Shown here: positions 22,366 through 32,765 of the stretch, in pieces | Layout: each line of letters starts with the position of its first letter | How positions within the stretch are numbered: position 1 is the first letter of the stretch | Origin: Planctomycetota bacterium | Lineage (GTDB): Bacteria; Planctomycetota; UBA1135; GCA-002686595 | DNA: 64,000 nucleotides | Direction of reading: 5' to 3' | Assembly (NCBI GenBank): GCA_040880665.1 | Contig: JBBDIB010000061.1 | Coordinates: 24,688 to 88,687, forward strand | Program-made: the position numbers and the translations under genes | Notes under the pieces: generated by a model | Told to the model about the DNA's origin: nothing | Databases searched by the model: none | The model's input: only the letters and a program-made list of their open reading frames with translations

Positions 22366-24408
22366 GTGAAGTCTCTGCGCGTTGCTTGTGGCCTGTTTAT
22401 TGCGCTCCTTGCACTCGTGTGCTGGTTCGCTGCAGACACCGATCTGGTGCTTTCGCGACGCATTGGTGGCTCGAACGAATTTGAAGCGAATCCAGGTCGC
22501 GCTCATCAGTCAAATGCGAATGCGGTTCAATCCACGCTCATGGAGTCGCGGGAGATGGTGCGCGTGGACCGCTCGCCAGAAGATATTCCTGACGGGCTCA
22601 GCATTTTGGTGCGCATTGAAGGTGACCCTTCCTTGGTCAACTGCGTGCTGCCGCTGGAATTGACGCTGGGCCAAGAAGCATCAACGGAGCGCGAAGCGGT
22701 CTTTCACACGAAGCTTACCAGTCCGTCCGAAGCTGCTCGTCTATCGGGCTGTGCTGGACAGGTACTCAGGTACACCGCGACGAGCGTGTCGAGCAGTTTC
22801 GAGCAATCAGGCCTCGTGCAGACTTCGGCCGATGGGCGCGGGACGATAACGATCATAGTCAGCGTAGTCAAAGTCGGTGTAAGATTCGTTCGAACTCACG
22901 GAGATGCAGGTCAAGCCCTTTGGAGGAGTTGCGACGGCATCGAACTGTTTCCCCACCAATACTCGCCGCAACTCTTTGGGTTCGAGATCGGCGCGTTGGA
23001 GCGCGGAGGAGCCTTCATCTCGAGTGATCTAGGGGTTGCCTACTATGACCCACCCGCGGTGGCAAACCACCCGCAGGAGGCCGATCGGGTCGAGTGGCTG
23101 GCAGGAGCTGATGTCCGCTTCGTTTCAACCGTGAGTGACCTCAACTCGTTGCCGGTTGCAGCAGAATTTCTATTGCCCGCGTCTCCTCGTCCGTTCCGTG
23201 TAGCAACGATCCTGGAGGGCACCCGGTCTGGCTACCTGCAAGGTTTACCGGCGCATCGTTGTATCCGGGTGACGGCAGGGTCACCCCCAGTTAAGTCGTG
23301 GTACTTAAGGTTAAATGCGAACGAAGTTTACGAGTTATTCGTAGGGTCAATTGCTGGCTGCCCCGTCAAGTTCGCCGTGACTGATGGTCAGTCACAGCCA
23401 GTGCCTGGGGTGCTGCTTTTCATTCGCCCGGTCTCTGATGTGTCTGAAGCGTGCATTCACGATGACGCACTCAGATCGTTAGGCCAAGAATCCGTTAGGC
23501 GAGTCGCAACGGATGAGGGAGGAATAGCCAGTATTGAAGGTCTGTCCGAAGGGCGCTGGTCCGTCGGTTCCAGGCATGGAGAGGGCAGCGCGTTTGTTGC
23601 CCCTACAGAATTCGAGGCCGACGCAAAAGGAGTTCACCTTCATCTCGTTACTCAGGCAGGCCCGGGCTTGGTTGGCCGCATCGTGGGACCGAGTCAAGAA
23701 GGCCTGCCGAACTTCGAAGTCTTGCTTCGTGCGCACGACTCGACAACTAGCGTCCATGCAATCAGCGCGGCCGCGGGACGCTTCAGCTTTCCAGGGTTGG
23801 CTCCCGGCGAATACCAATTGATGGCCAGGTCCGCAGGGAGTCGATCCTACGCCGTCTGGGAAACGGTGATCGCGCCCGATCCAGATCTCCTAATCATCGT
23901 CGAAGCCAGGGCAGCCCTTCGCGGGCGAGTCATTGGAGCAGAATCGCTGCCTGAAGGAGAGACCTTCCTGACGTTGTACACGCGGGAGACGAGCGGTCGC
24001 TACCTGCAGGTGTCTCCCCACGTGGAAGTCGACCCGGCGTACGAACTCGTCCTCGATGTCCCGCCGCGGAAAGACATTTGTCTTACCTTTTCCTCCACGC
24101 GCGGCCTTCGGTCCGCCGTGTCGGTCGTCACGGCCCCGCCGGGCTCCGAGTCCACCTTCGAGATTAACCTCGCGAGTCCCTCGTTTGTCAAATTGACAGG
24201 TCATCCCCGGCGCCCAGCCAGCTACCAGCTCGTCCATGAGCAACTTGGTCTCGTCGCCACGGGCCAATTGATGCCCAAGGCGACTTCGGAGTTGCGAGTG
24301 CCCCGCGGCGCGTATATGTTCCACTCTAGCTCTTGGGGCAGCGAGGGGGCGTGGACGCAGTTTCCTTTCATCGCAACTGACGCCGTTGTGATCAAGGTGG
24401 GCGAATAG
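22366..24408 (+). CDS. Large exported protein with carboxypeptidase-regulatory-like (Ig-like beta-sandwich) repeats
   Basis: 680 aa with an N-terminal hydrophobic anchor (LRVACGLFIALLALVCWFAA). Segments such as GRIVGPSQEGLPNFEVLLRAHDS...AAGRFSFPGLAPGEYQLMARS fit the CarboxypepD_reg pattern. Lower-GC codon usage. Confidence 0.6.
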   Translation: MKSLRVACGLFIALLALVCWFAADTDLVLSRRIGGSNEFEANPGRAHQSNANAVQSTLMESREMVRVDRSPEDIPDGLSILVRIEGDPSLVNCVLPLELTLGQEASTEREAVFHTKLTSPSEAARLSGCAGQVLRYTATSVSSSFEQSGLVQTSADGRGTITIIVSVVKVGVRFVRTHGDAGQALWRSCDGIELFPHQYSPQLFGFEIGALERGGAFISSDLGVAYYDPPAVANHPQEADRVEWLAGADVRFVSTVSDLNSLPVAAEFLLPASPRPFRVATILEGTRSGYLQGLPAHRCIRVTAGSPPVKSWYLRLNANEVYELFVGSIAGCPVKFAVTDGQSQPVPGVLLFIRPVSDVSEACIHDDALRSLGQESVRRVATDEGGIASIEGLSEGRWSVGSRHGEGSAFVAPTEFEADAKGVHLHLVTQAGPGLVGRIVGPSQEGLPNFEVLLRAHDSTTSVHAISAAAGRFSFPGLAPGEYQLMARSAGSRSYAVWETVIAPDPDLLIIVEARAALRGRVIGAESLPEGETFLTLYTRETSGRYLQVSPHVEVDPAYELVLDVPPRKDICLTFSSTRGLRSAVSVVTAPPGSESTFEINLASPSFVKLTGHPRRPASYQLVHEQLGLVATGQLMPKATSELRVPRGAYMFHSSSWGSEGAWTQFPFIATDAVVIKVGE

Positions 24409-24437
24409 CCCTTTGCTCGACGTAATGCAAGGGAGAA

Positions 24438-24574
24438 GGACCGGTCGACGTGGTCGAGCCGGCGACGCACGTGGCGCCGCGAATGGAAGGCGACATCTCA
24501 ACCCGCGCGGCGTCCGGGGGGAACCCTGCGACATCGATTTCCTGCGGCGCGAGGTGCGAGTCGAGGCGAACGGC

Positions 24575-24580
<6 letters not shown>
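24438..24580. repeat. 143-bp direct repeat, copy 2 (R2)
   Basis: Counterpart of 20979..21121. It occupies the whole convergent intergenic space between the 680-aa ORF stop (24408) and the acr3 stop (24575), and includes the last two acr3 codons plus the stop (ggcttagga). Confidence 0.8.
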
Positions 24581-25591
<1,011 letters not shown>

Positions 25592-25651
25592 GACGTCGAG
25601 CGCGGTAGGAGAGTGGCGAGCGCCGCGTGGGACGGCGCGGTACGGGGTGGG

Positions 25652-26488
25652 TTAGCGATTCGGGATCATCAGCACGGGTCGGCCCGCTCTCTTGCTGAGG
25701 GCGCGCGCCGTGTGCCCCATGCCGGAATCGCCGCGACCGGCCTTGCCGACGACCAGCAGCGATGCGTCGCGCTCGCCGGCGAGACGCAGGATCTCTTCGC
25801 TCGCCTCACCTTCGACGACGAACGCCTCGCCCGTTCCTCCGCCCTGCGTGATGCGCGAGTGGACTTCGCCGAGGGCCGCCCGGGCCATGGTGGGCCAATC
25901 GGCAAAGCGTGCTCGGTCGTCCGCCGACGTCACGTGCATCACATCGACCCGTCCGCCGAGGCTTGCGAGTTCGATGGCTGCCTCGTGTACGGGCCGCGCC
26001 GCTGCCGTCAGGTCCGAGGCGACCAGGACGTGACGTAACGTGTTGCCGCAGGTCAACTGGCACCGGTCCCCAACGCCGTCGAGCGGCTCGATCCACTCGA
26101 TCAAGACGGGTACGGAGGAGCGACGTAGAACCTTGCGCGCGACGCTGCCCAGAAAGAGTCGTTCGAGGACGTTCTGGCTGCGGTTGCCGACGACGAGCAG
26201 GTCGACGCCGACCTCGGCCGCGCGCGCCGCGATCGAGGCGCCCACATCGCCGGCGGTTGCGACGTGGATATCGACGATCGTGCCGCGCGCTCGCAGCGGC
26301 TCCGCGAGCGCTTGAAGCCGTTCTCGCTGTCGCTCCTCCTCTCCGAAGGCGGGACCTTGTGCGTAGCCGACCTTCGCGAAGTAGACGAGCGACACGCGTA
26401 CGACCCCCCAGGTGGCGAGGTCGGGCGCGCACTCGAGCAACGGGACGTCGGAGTCGAGGTCGACGGCGATCAAGGCGTGTTGGAACAC
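25652..26488 (-). CDS. Universal stress protein (tandem Usp domains)
   Basis: 278 aa with two UspA-like halves (ALIAVDLDS...LLVVGNRS and VLVASDLT...[10 protein letters not shown]...PVLMIP). Confidence 0.75.
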   Translation of the reverse strand: MFQHALIAVDLDSDVPLLECAPDLATWGVVRVSLVYFAKVGYAQGPAFGEEERQRERLQALAEPLRARGTIVDIHVATAGDVGASIAARAAEVGVDLLVVGNRSQNVLERLFLGSVARKVLRRSSVPVLIEWIEPLDGVGDRCQLTCGNTLRHVLVASDLTAAARPVHEAAIELASLGGRVDVMHVTSADDRARFADWPTMARAALGEVHSRITQGGGTGEAFVVEGEASEEILRLAGERDASLLVVGKAGRGDSGMGHTARALSKRAGRPVLMIPNR

Positions 26489-28287
26489 GAGGACTCCTGG
26501 GGTACGTGGGGATGGTCGGGTTGCACGAGGCTCCGGAGTGCTGCGACGCCCGTCGGCTCGTCGGCCGACCAGGGCACGAGGAACACGCGCTCAGCGTGCT
26601 TCGCTTTCACCGCGCGGATCTCGGGCAGCTCGGCCGCGGCTCTGGCGCGAAGCAACGGATCGGTGGTGCCCGTCGCCGCGAGGCTGCGGTTGATGACCCA
26701 GCCATAGGGCTCGATCGCGGCGCGGCGCAGGTCCTCCTGCAGGTGCGCGGCTTCCTGGACGGGCGTCGTCTCCGCCAAGGTGACGATCACGACGCGCGTC
26801 TCGGCGGCGTCCTGGAGCCGCATGAGCGGTGTCCCCAGTCGACTGCCGGCGCCGGCCTGCCGCAGCGTCTCGCGGTGGTACGAACCCGCCGCGTCGAGCA
26901 GCAGCAACGTGTGTCCGGTGGGCGCCGTATCCATCACCACGATCTCGCGCTTCGACGAGAAGACGGCGCGCGAGAAGGCGTGGAAGACCGCGACCTCCTC
27001 GGTGCACGGCGAGCGCAGGTCTTCCTCGAGGAGCGCCAGCGCATCGTCGTCGAGCGTCGCGCGCGATCGCGCGAGGATCCGCTCGCGATAGGCTTCGGTC
27101 TCGGCCAGGGGATCGATGCGGCTGACGCGCAGGTGGGGCACCTCTTCCGCCAGCGTGCCCTCGAGGTGCGCGGCGGGGTCGGTGGTCGTCAGGTGGACGG
27201 GCAAACCGCGGCTCGCCAACTCGACCGCGACGGCGGCGGCCATGGTCGTCTTCCCGACGCCGCCCTTGCCCATGAACATGACGAGCCCGTGTCCGGCGGC
27301 GGCGACCTCGTCGACGAGCGACGAGAGCGGCGCGACGTTTTCCAGCACGTCGGCGGAGGCGACGCGCGGCTCGCTCAGGCCGTGGAACGGTGCTTGGTCG
27401 AAGAACGAAGCCAGCGCGTCGAGACCCACGAGGTTGTGCGGCTTCAGCGGCACTTCGAAGGAGGGCAGCGCCGCGAGGCCCCGAGGCATCGCCGCGAGCG
27501 CGGCTTGCCCGAGGGCCTCGAGCCGCAGCGCCAGGGCGTCGTCGCGATCGCTCGCGTGGAAGACGCCGTTGATCAACAGGAACTGGTTCGTGACGCCCAG
27601 CTTCTCCAGCTCGACGCGCGTTCGCTCGGCCTCGCTCAGCGCGCTGCGCTCGGCGCGCGTGACCAGGACGAGCGTCGTCTCGGAGGCGTCGCTCAACGCG
27701 GCGAGCGACCGCGCGTAGCGCTCTTGGCTGTTCTTCAAGCCCGACAGCGGCCCCAAGCACGAGGCACCGCGCTCGTTCGTCTCGAGGAAGCTCGTCCAAG
27801 CGGCGGGTAGCTGCAAGAGGCGCAGCGTGTGACCGGTGGGCGCCGTGTCGAAGACGATGTGGTCGAACTCGCGGGCGGTCGCGTCGCCGCTCATCAAGCC
27901 GGTGAACTCGTCGAAGGCGGCGACCTCGACGGTGCAAGCGCCGGAGAGCTGTTCCTCGATCGAAGCCACGGCGCTCGCGGGCAAGACGTCTCGAACCGGG
28001 CCGATGACGCGCTCGCGATAGGCGCGCGCGGCGGCCTCGGGATCGATGTTCAGCCCGAAGAGGTTCGGCTCGCCGGTGATCGGCGTCGGCGTCGCCAACA
28101 GCTCGGTCGCGAGCACCGCGTCGAGGTTCGATGCGGGATCCGTGCTGACGATCAGCACGCGCTTTCCGGCGCGCGCCAAGCCGAGCGCCGTCGCCGAGGC
28201 GGCCGAGGTCTTGCCGACGCCGCCCTTGCCCGTGAAGAACAAGAACGGCGTCGGCTGCGTGAGTCGCAGCAGTGTGTCGGTGCTCAT
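26470..28287 (-). CDS. arsA: Arsenical pump-driving ATPase ArsA
   Basis: Two homologous halves, each with a P-loop (FFTGKGGVGKTS; MFMGKGGVGKTT) and a DTAPTGHTLRLL/LLLL signature. The ATG at 28287 overlaps the arsD stop. Confidence 0.92.
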   Translation of the reverse strand: MSTDTLLRLTQPTPFLFFTGKGGVGKTSAASATALGLARAGKRVLIVSTDPASNLDAVLATELLATPTPITGEPNLFGLNIDPEAAARAYRERVIGPVRDVLPASAVASIEEQLSGACTVEVAAFDEFTGLMSGDATAREFDHIVFDTAPTGHTLRLLQLPAAWTSFLETNERGASCLGPLSGLKNSQERYARSLAALSDASETTLVLVTRAERSALSEAERTRVELEKLGVTNQFLLINGVFHASDRDDALALRLEALGQAALAAMPRGLAALPSFEVPLKPHNLVGLDALASFFDQAPFHGLSEPRVASADVLENVAPLSSLVDEVAAAGHGLVMFMGKGGVGKTTMAAAVAVELASRGLPVHLTTTDPAAHLEGTLAEEVPHLRVSRIDPLAETEAYRERILARSRATLDDDALALLEEDLRSPCTEEVAVFHAFSRAVFSSKREIVVMDTAPTGHTLLLLDAAGSYHRETLRQAGAGSRLGTPLMRLQDAAETRVVIVTLAETTPVQEAAHLQEDLRRAAIEPYGWVINRSLAATGTTDPLLRARAAAELPEIRAVKAKHAERVFLVPWSADEPTGVAALRSLVQPDHPHVPQESSCSNTP

Positions 28288-28661
28288 CAGCAGCACCGCG
28301 GTTGCTTGGCGACGGGCGCAGCTTCGTCGGCGCAGCATCCGCTCGCGGCGGACGCGACGCCGGCCCAGGTCGCGAGTTGGACCCGGGAAGGATACACGCC
28401 GCTGCTGACGACGACGTCATCCGCCTTGATCAGGGGCAACGCCGACGCCCCCCGATGCTCGAGCGCAGCCTGCGCGTCGGCGTCCCCGACGAACGCCCCC
28501 GGCTCCTGCGCGAGGTTGAAGCGCCGGACCGCGACGCCCTGGGCGGCGAGCCACTCCAAGTCGGCGGAGAAGCGCGCCAGGTCGGGATCGACCTCGGGTC
28601 CACAGACTCCGGTCGAGCAGCACATGGCGGGATCGTAGACGGTGATGTTCTTCGTGTTCAT
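28287..28661 (-). CDS. arsD: Arsenic metallochaperone/repressor ArsD
   Basis: 124 aa from the ATG at 28661. N-terminus MNTKNITVYDPAMCCSTGVCG carries the Cys12-Cys13-Cys18 triad. Cys-rich C-terminus. Confidence 0.88.
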   Translation of the reverse strand: MNTKNITVYDPAMCCSTGVCGPEVDPDLARFSADLEWLAAQGVAVRRFNLAQEPGAFVGDADAQAALEHRGASALPLIKADDVVVSSGVYPSRVQLATWAGVASAASGCCADEAAPVAKQPRCC

Positions 28662-28771
28662 CGGTGCCCCCTTGTAGCGGCCTTCGCCGCCTGTTGCTTG
28701 GGATGGTATCGGTAATCGTCGAAAGACGATGGCTGGGTCGTCGAGACGGCAGCTCACTTTGGAATGCGGTC

Positions 28772-29212
28772 TTAGGCCGGGAATTCCTCGACGTCGCCAT
28801 CGGACCGCACGACGCGCAGCGTGCCCTCGAGCTCGCACGCGCTCGCCAGCGTGTTGGTGATCGTGCCGAACAGACGCACGTTCTTGTGGAGCAGTGCGCA
28901 GCGCGAGGCGGGCTCGTCGCTCGCGACCTCGAGGACGTAATGCGCGCGAACGATCGCAGGTGGCGAATCGCGGCGCTCGAGCTCGATCTCCGCCTTCGCG
29001 CTCGAGTAGCTGAAGGGCAGGATGTGGCGGAAGCGTTCCACGTTCTTCAGCAGGCAGGCTGCGAGCGAGCCCGCCAAGAGGTGCGCGGGTCCCGGGACGG
29101 AGTCGCCCATGCCCCGACTCCCGTCGAAGGCGATCGTGGCTTCCAGCGTCTCGATCTTGGCCGTGCCATCCGGGACGTTGAAGCCCTTGGCTCGGTAGAT
29201 GCTCGTACTCAT
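28772..29212 (-). CDS. OsmC/Ohr-family protein
   Basis: 146 aa. PAHLLAGSLAACLLKNV and RCALLHKNV segments resemble the two conserved Cys regions of OsmC-like peroxiredoxins. Confidence 0.65.
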   Translation of the reverse strand: MSTSIYRAKGFNVPDGTAKIETLEATIAFDGSRGMGDSVPGPAHLLAGSLAACLLKNVERFRHILPFSYSSAKAEIELERRDSPPAIVRAHYVLEVASDEPASRCALLHKNVRLFGTITNTLASACELEGTLRVVRSDGDVEEFPA

Positions 29213-29228
29213 CGTGCGCCTCCCGACG

Positions 29229-29567
29229 TCATTTCAGCTCCTCGATCAGCGCGCAAAACAGGCCGATCGCACCCGGTTCGACGCAGTAGCAGACGCGCGG
29301 TCCCTCGACCTCGCCCCGGATGAGGCCCGCTTCCTTCAATTGCTTCAGGTGCTGCGACACCGTCGACTGCGCGAGCGGCAACTCGTCCACGATCTCACCG
29401 CACACGCACGTGTCGCGCCGCAGGAGCAACCGCAGGATCGCCACCCTGGCCGGGTGCCCCAGCGCCTTCGCGAGCCGCGCAAGCTGCTCGTTGGCATCTC
29501 TTTCTCGCTTCGGCACCACCAGCTTCGGCGAAGCCGGCGGGCAGCGGGTGAGGGTCTTCTTCGGCAT
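29229..29567 (-). CDS. arsR: ArsR/SmtB-family metalloregulator
   Basis: 112 aa. Metal-site CVCGEIV immediately before the HTH ([19 protein letters not shown]). First gene of the ars cluster. Confidence 0.88.
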   Translation of the reverse strand: MPKKTLTRCPPASPKLVVPKRERDANEQLARLAKALGHPARVAILRLLLRRDTCVCGEIVDELPLAQSTVSQHLKQLKEAGLIRGEVEGPRVCYCVEPGAIGLFCALIEELK

Positions 29568-29590
29568 GGGGGACTCGTTCTCGAGCGTTC

Positions 29591-29606
29591 ATCGTAGATG
29601 TACGAT
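29591..29606. promoter_or_regulatory. Candidate ArsR operator (perfect 6-4-6 palindrome ATCGTA-GATG-TACGAT)
   Basis: Perfect inverted repeat 24-39 bp upstream of the arsR start codon. ArsR/SmtB repressors bind dyad sites overlapping their own promoters. No experimental or consensus support is available here. Confidence 0.3.
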
Positions 29607-29670
29607 CTTCGCGGCGTAGGTCAAGTAGGAAAATCATCTGCGCGACTCGCACGAGCGCACCGCGGAACGC

Positions 29671-32043
29671 TCACTCGACGACACACCGAACGATGAGGGA
29701 GCCCTCCGACCCAACGGCCAGCAGCTCCGGCTCGAACCGAAGGCGCCGGCCTCCGAGCTCGATGGGCGCGATCTTGATCCAGAGGTCGGTGGCATCCCCG
29801 AGGTCGAGCAGAGCGCGACCCGACTCGTCCGCACGCACGACGGCGGATCGCTCCCCGTGCAGGCCGTGCAAGCCGTGCAGGCCGTTCGCCTTGGAGCTCA
29901 TGACGCCGATCGAGAGGTCGACGCCGCGCGCGGCTACGGGCAAGTCCCGGAACACGAGCTCGACCTGCTGGCGGTGCCCCACGACCACTCGCTGTGGGCT
30001 TCCGTCCGGCGTGCGGCGCGGCAGGAAGGCTTCCGTTCCAAGACCTTCGACCGCCGCCGTGAGCTGCTCGAGGTCGGAAGAGATCCATCCTTGCCAGTAC
30101 GCCCCACGCACGGCGACGGGCGGAGCGGCGGGATCATGGGTGCGCAGCTCGAAGGCACGCACGGGTTCGCCCGTCGTGCCGTCGATCACTTCCAGCGACA
30201 CGTTGAGCGGTTCGGGAGCTTCGAGCGTGACGCGACCGCCGTCGGTCAGCACGTGTCGAGAGGCAACGATCGGGTAGGCGGAACGCAGGTAGGGGTCCGT
30301 CGCGAGCTCCGGTGCCAAGGCGACCTCCACCTCGGCCGGCCCCGCGGCGAGACCGCGCGCGACGAAGTCCCCGGCTGAGTTCGTCGTGCCCGCGAGCGAG
30401 CGTCGCGTCGCGCCGATCATCCCAGGTTCGGAGATCGGGGCGAGCGCGCCGCGCGGCGACTCAGGCCAGATCCGGACGGACATCCCCGGCAGCGGGCGTC
30501 CGCTCCGCGAGCGTACGGAGAACGTCGTGTCGATGGACTCGACCAGAACGACGTGCAAGGCCTCCGCCGCTCCCGTCATGGAGAGCGCACGGTTGCGGCT
30601 GACGGCGACAGGCGAGTAGCCCGGCGCCGCGACTTCGAACGAGCCGATGTCGAGCGCCAGCGGTAGCCGGATGTGCCCTGTCGCGTCCGCCGCGAAGACT
30701 CCGCTCGAAGTCGCGGCGCGCGCCGCCGTGATGGGGGATCCACCCAAGTCGACGACGCGCACGAGTTGGTGCTCCGCCGACCGCAGCGCGAGCGTCGCGC
30801 GCACGTCGCGCTCGTTCGCGGCAACCTCGGCCTCGTCGAACGCGCCGCACGAGTTGTGCGCTCGAAGCCAGATCTTCCGCTCGCTGGGCAGTTCGAGGGT
30901 GACGGGCGAGCCCGCGGTGAGAGCGATCTGGTGGCGAGCGAGCGACGGCTCGAGCTCCGTGCCAAGTGGCGCTTCCTCGACGCCGAGCACGAGCGTGGCG
31001 CCTTGGGAGCAACCGGTGACATCCTCGCACGTGATCGTCGCCGACCGTCGCCCCGGCAACGCGACCGCGTCACCGGCTACTTGCGACAAGCGCAGGACGC
31101 CGGGAAACGTCGTCGGTGAGGTCACGAGCAACGGCTCGTCGTTTTGCACCCACGACGGCACGACCAGCGACGCGGAATCCGGCGCCGCGCGAGCGATCTC
31201 GTACCCGTCTGGCGACGCGAGAATGACGCCGTTCACCGGCGTGATCGCATCCATTTTGGTGAAGTACAGACTGCGTCCCGCCGCGATCGAGCGCAGGACG
31301 ACATGCACCGTTTCCTTTGGCGGGCCACACAGGGAAAGTTCTGCGCGCGCGAACTGCGGGTGCAGAAGGACGGCGGTCCCGTTCTCACACGGACAGGAAG
31401 TGAACTCCGCGAGGCCGTTCGCGTCGGACATCACGGTCAACTCCGGTGCTGCAGCCACCGTCCCCTCGGCGCGGCGAGGCAGCCAATGAGCTCGAGCACC
31501 TTCGATCGGATTGCCGCCGGCGTCGCTCACCCAGAAGCACCTGGAGGTCAACCTTTGCACCCAGAGGACGAGCTCCTCGCCGCGGAGAACTTCGAAGCTC
31601 GATTCGACCGCCATCCAGGCATCGTCCGTCGAGCGCAGGCTCCAGCGCCCCGGAGCGACTCGCAGAACTCCGTTTGCGTCGGCTGTCGACGCGCTCTCAC
31701 CCGCGACGCCCGAGAGTACCCAACGCGATCCAGCCGCCGGTCGCATGTCTCCAGATGAGAGCAGTTGCACGTTACCACTGCCAGAGTCGCTCGCTGGCAC
31801 GCCCTGCACCCGCGCGACGACCGGTTCGCGGCCCCGCAGTCGTGTTCCGGCAGCTTGCGTCGCGCCGCTGCGCGCATCCTCGCCGGACACATCTCTCGAT
31901 CGAGTTGCTCCAGTGAGCTCGACCTCGTGTCCTCGCCGCGCGACGGTCAACGCGGTCCAGGCCACCAACCCGCCGAACACCGCGACGGCTACCAGCCACC
32001 GCAACGCACGTGAGCCGCGAAGGAACCGCTGCCCGGAAGTCAT
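29671..32043 (-). CDS. Large exported/membrane-anchored protein with carboxypeptidase-regulatory-like repeats
   Basis: About 790 aa (ATG at 32043; TTG at 32076 is possible). N-terminal anchor ALRWLVAVAVFGGLVAWTALTV. Repeated beta-sandwich-like modules. Its C-terminal ~190 aa are paralogous to the psi-gene at 21130..21710. A 9-bp x3 microsatellite (29855..29885) encodes GLHGLHGLHG. Confidence 0.65.
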   Translation of the reverse strand: MTSGQRFLRGSRALRWLVAVAVFGGLVAWTALTVARRGHEVELTGATRSRDVSGEDARSGATQAAGTRLRGREPVVARVQGVPASDSGSGNVQLLSSGDMRPAAGSRWVLSGVAGESASTADANGVLRVAPGRWSLRSTDDAWMAVESSFEVLRGEELVLWVQRLTSRCFWVSDAGGNPIEGARAHWLPRRAEGTVAAAPELTVMSDANGLAEFTSCPCENGTAVLLHPQFARAELSLCGPPKETVHVVLRSIAAGRSLYFTKMDAITPVNGVILASPDGYEIARAAPDSASLVVPSWVQNDEPLLVTSPTTFPGVLRLSQVAGDAVALPGRRSATITCEDVTGCSQGATLVLGVEEAPLGTELEPSLARHQIALTAGSPVTLELPSERKIWLRAHNSCGAFDEAEVAANERDVRATLALRSAEHQLVRVVDLGGSPITAARAATSSGVFAADATGHIRLPLALDIGSFEVAAPGYSPVAVSRNRALSMTGAAEALHVVLVESIDTTFSVRSRSGRPLPGMSVRIWPESPRGALAPISEPGMIGATRRSLAGTTNSAGDFVARGLAAGPAEVEVALAPELATDPYLRSAYPIVASRHVLTDGGRVTLEAPEPLNVSLEVIDGTTGEPVRAFELRTHDPAAPPVAVRGAYWQGWISSDLEQLTAAVEGLGTEAFLPRRTPDGSPQRVVVGHRQQVELVFRDLPVAARGVDLSIGVMSSKANGLHGLHGLHGERSAVVRADESGRALLDLGDATDLWIKIAPIELGGRRLRFEPELLAVGSEGSLIVRCVVE

Positions 32044-32231
32044 GGCCGCCCGTCGGTCCACCCCGTGATCTTGCAAGCTGCTGGTTCAGCGCAAGCGCCG
32101 AGGCCAGCGATCCCAACGCGCCGCGCCCGATGACGACTTTCGCTACCCATGCACACGATCGTAGAGCTTCTGGGGTCTCCCGAGGCATCGTCGAGTGGTC
32201 ACTTGGTGAACTCCTACCGCGCGTCTGGATG

Positions 32232-32545
32232 CTGAGGGGCGGCAGGCTGCGTAGGATTCGGGATTGCATGAATGCTCGGCGACACACAGGACGTGCCACG
32301 GACGCTTTGCGCCATCTCTGGGTGCGGGCGCCCAACTGGGTCGGGGATCTCGTGATGGCGACGCCGGTGCTGGAGGCCTTGGTGGGGAGTTCGCGCTTCG
32401 AGCGCGTCTCGATCGGTTGCGCGCGCACTTGACCGGCGTGCTCGACCGGCTGCCGTGGGTGGATCGCGTGGTGACGTTCAAGGGTGCACGCGACGAGGTT
32501 GCGGCGCTCGGACGCGCGGCGCCGGATGGGATCTTGCGCATGGGG
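32232..32545 (+). pseudogene. Duplicated 5-prime fragment of the GT9 heptosyltransferase gene (frameshifted, truncated)
   Basis: MNARRHTGRATDALRHLWVRAPNWVGDLVMATPVLEALVGSSRFERVSIG matches the N-terminus of the intact gene at 35631. A stretch of about 115 bp is nearly identical at DNA level (32311..32425 versus 35673..35788). A 1-nt deletion follows, and homology (LPWVDRVVTFKGARDEVAALGRAAPDG) continues in another frame. The fragment ends where the low-GC DNA begins. Confidence 0.8.
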
Positions 32546-32765
32546 GCCTCTGGGAGGGATCTAGCGCGTCATCGCAGTTTTCACTGAAGGAGCCTCGCCA
32601 GGTAAAAGTTCTGTATCGAAGTGCAACCGGTTCGGCGGCTTCGCCTAGCTTAGGCTGAGATCTACTGGAACTGTGCTCGCCGTGGGCGCCAGGGCAAGTG
32701 GCTCGCTGGGTTCTTGTGTACGCTAAAATAGGTTTCGTCCTCAGTTCACCCTTTTCGGGGTTCGC

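Larger units (their letters stand above)
21711..24437. other. Low-GC islet A (exported-protein cargo, no mobility genes)
   Basis: Visibly lower G+C than the flanks. Bounded on the left by the truncated psi-gene plus R1 and on the right by R2. Contains two ORFs, both with N-terminal signal/anchor sequences. Confidence 0.55.
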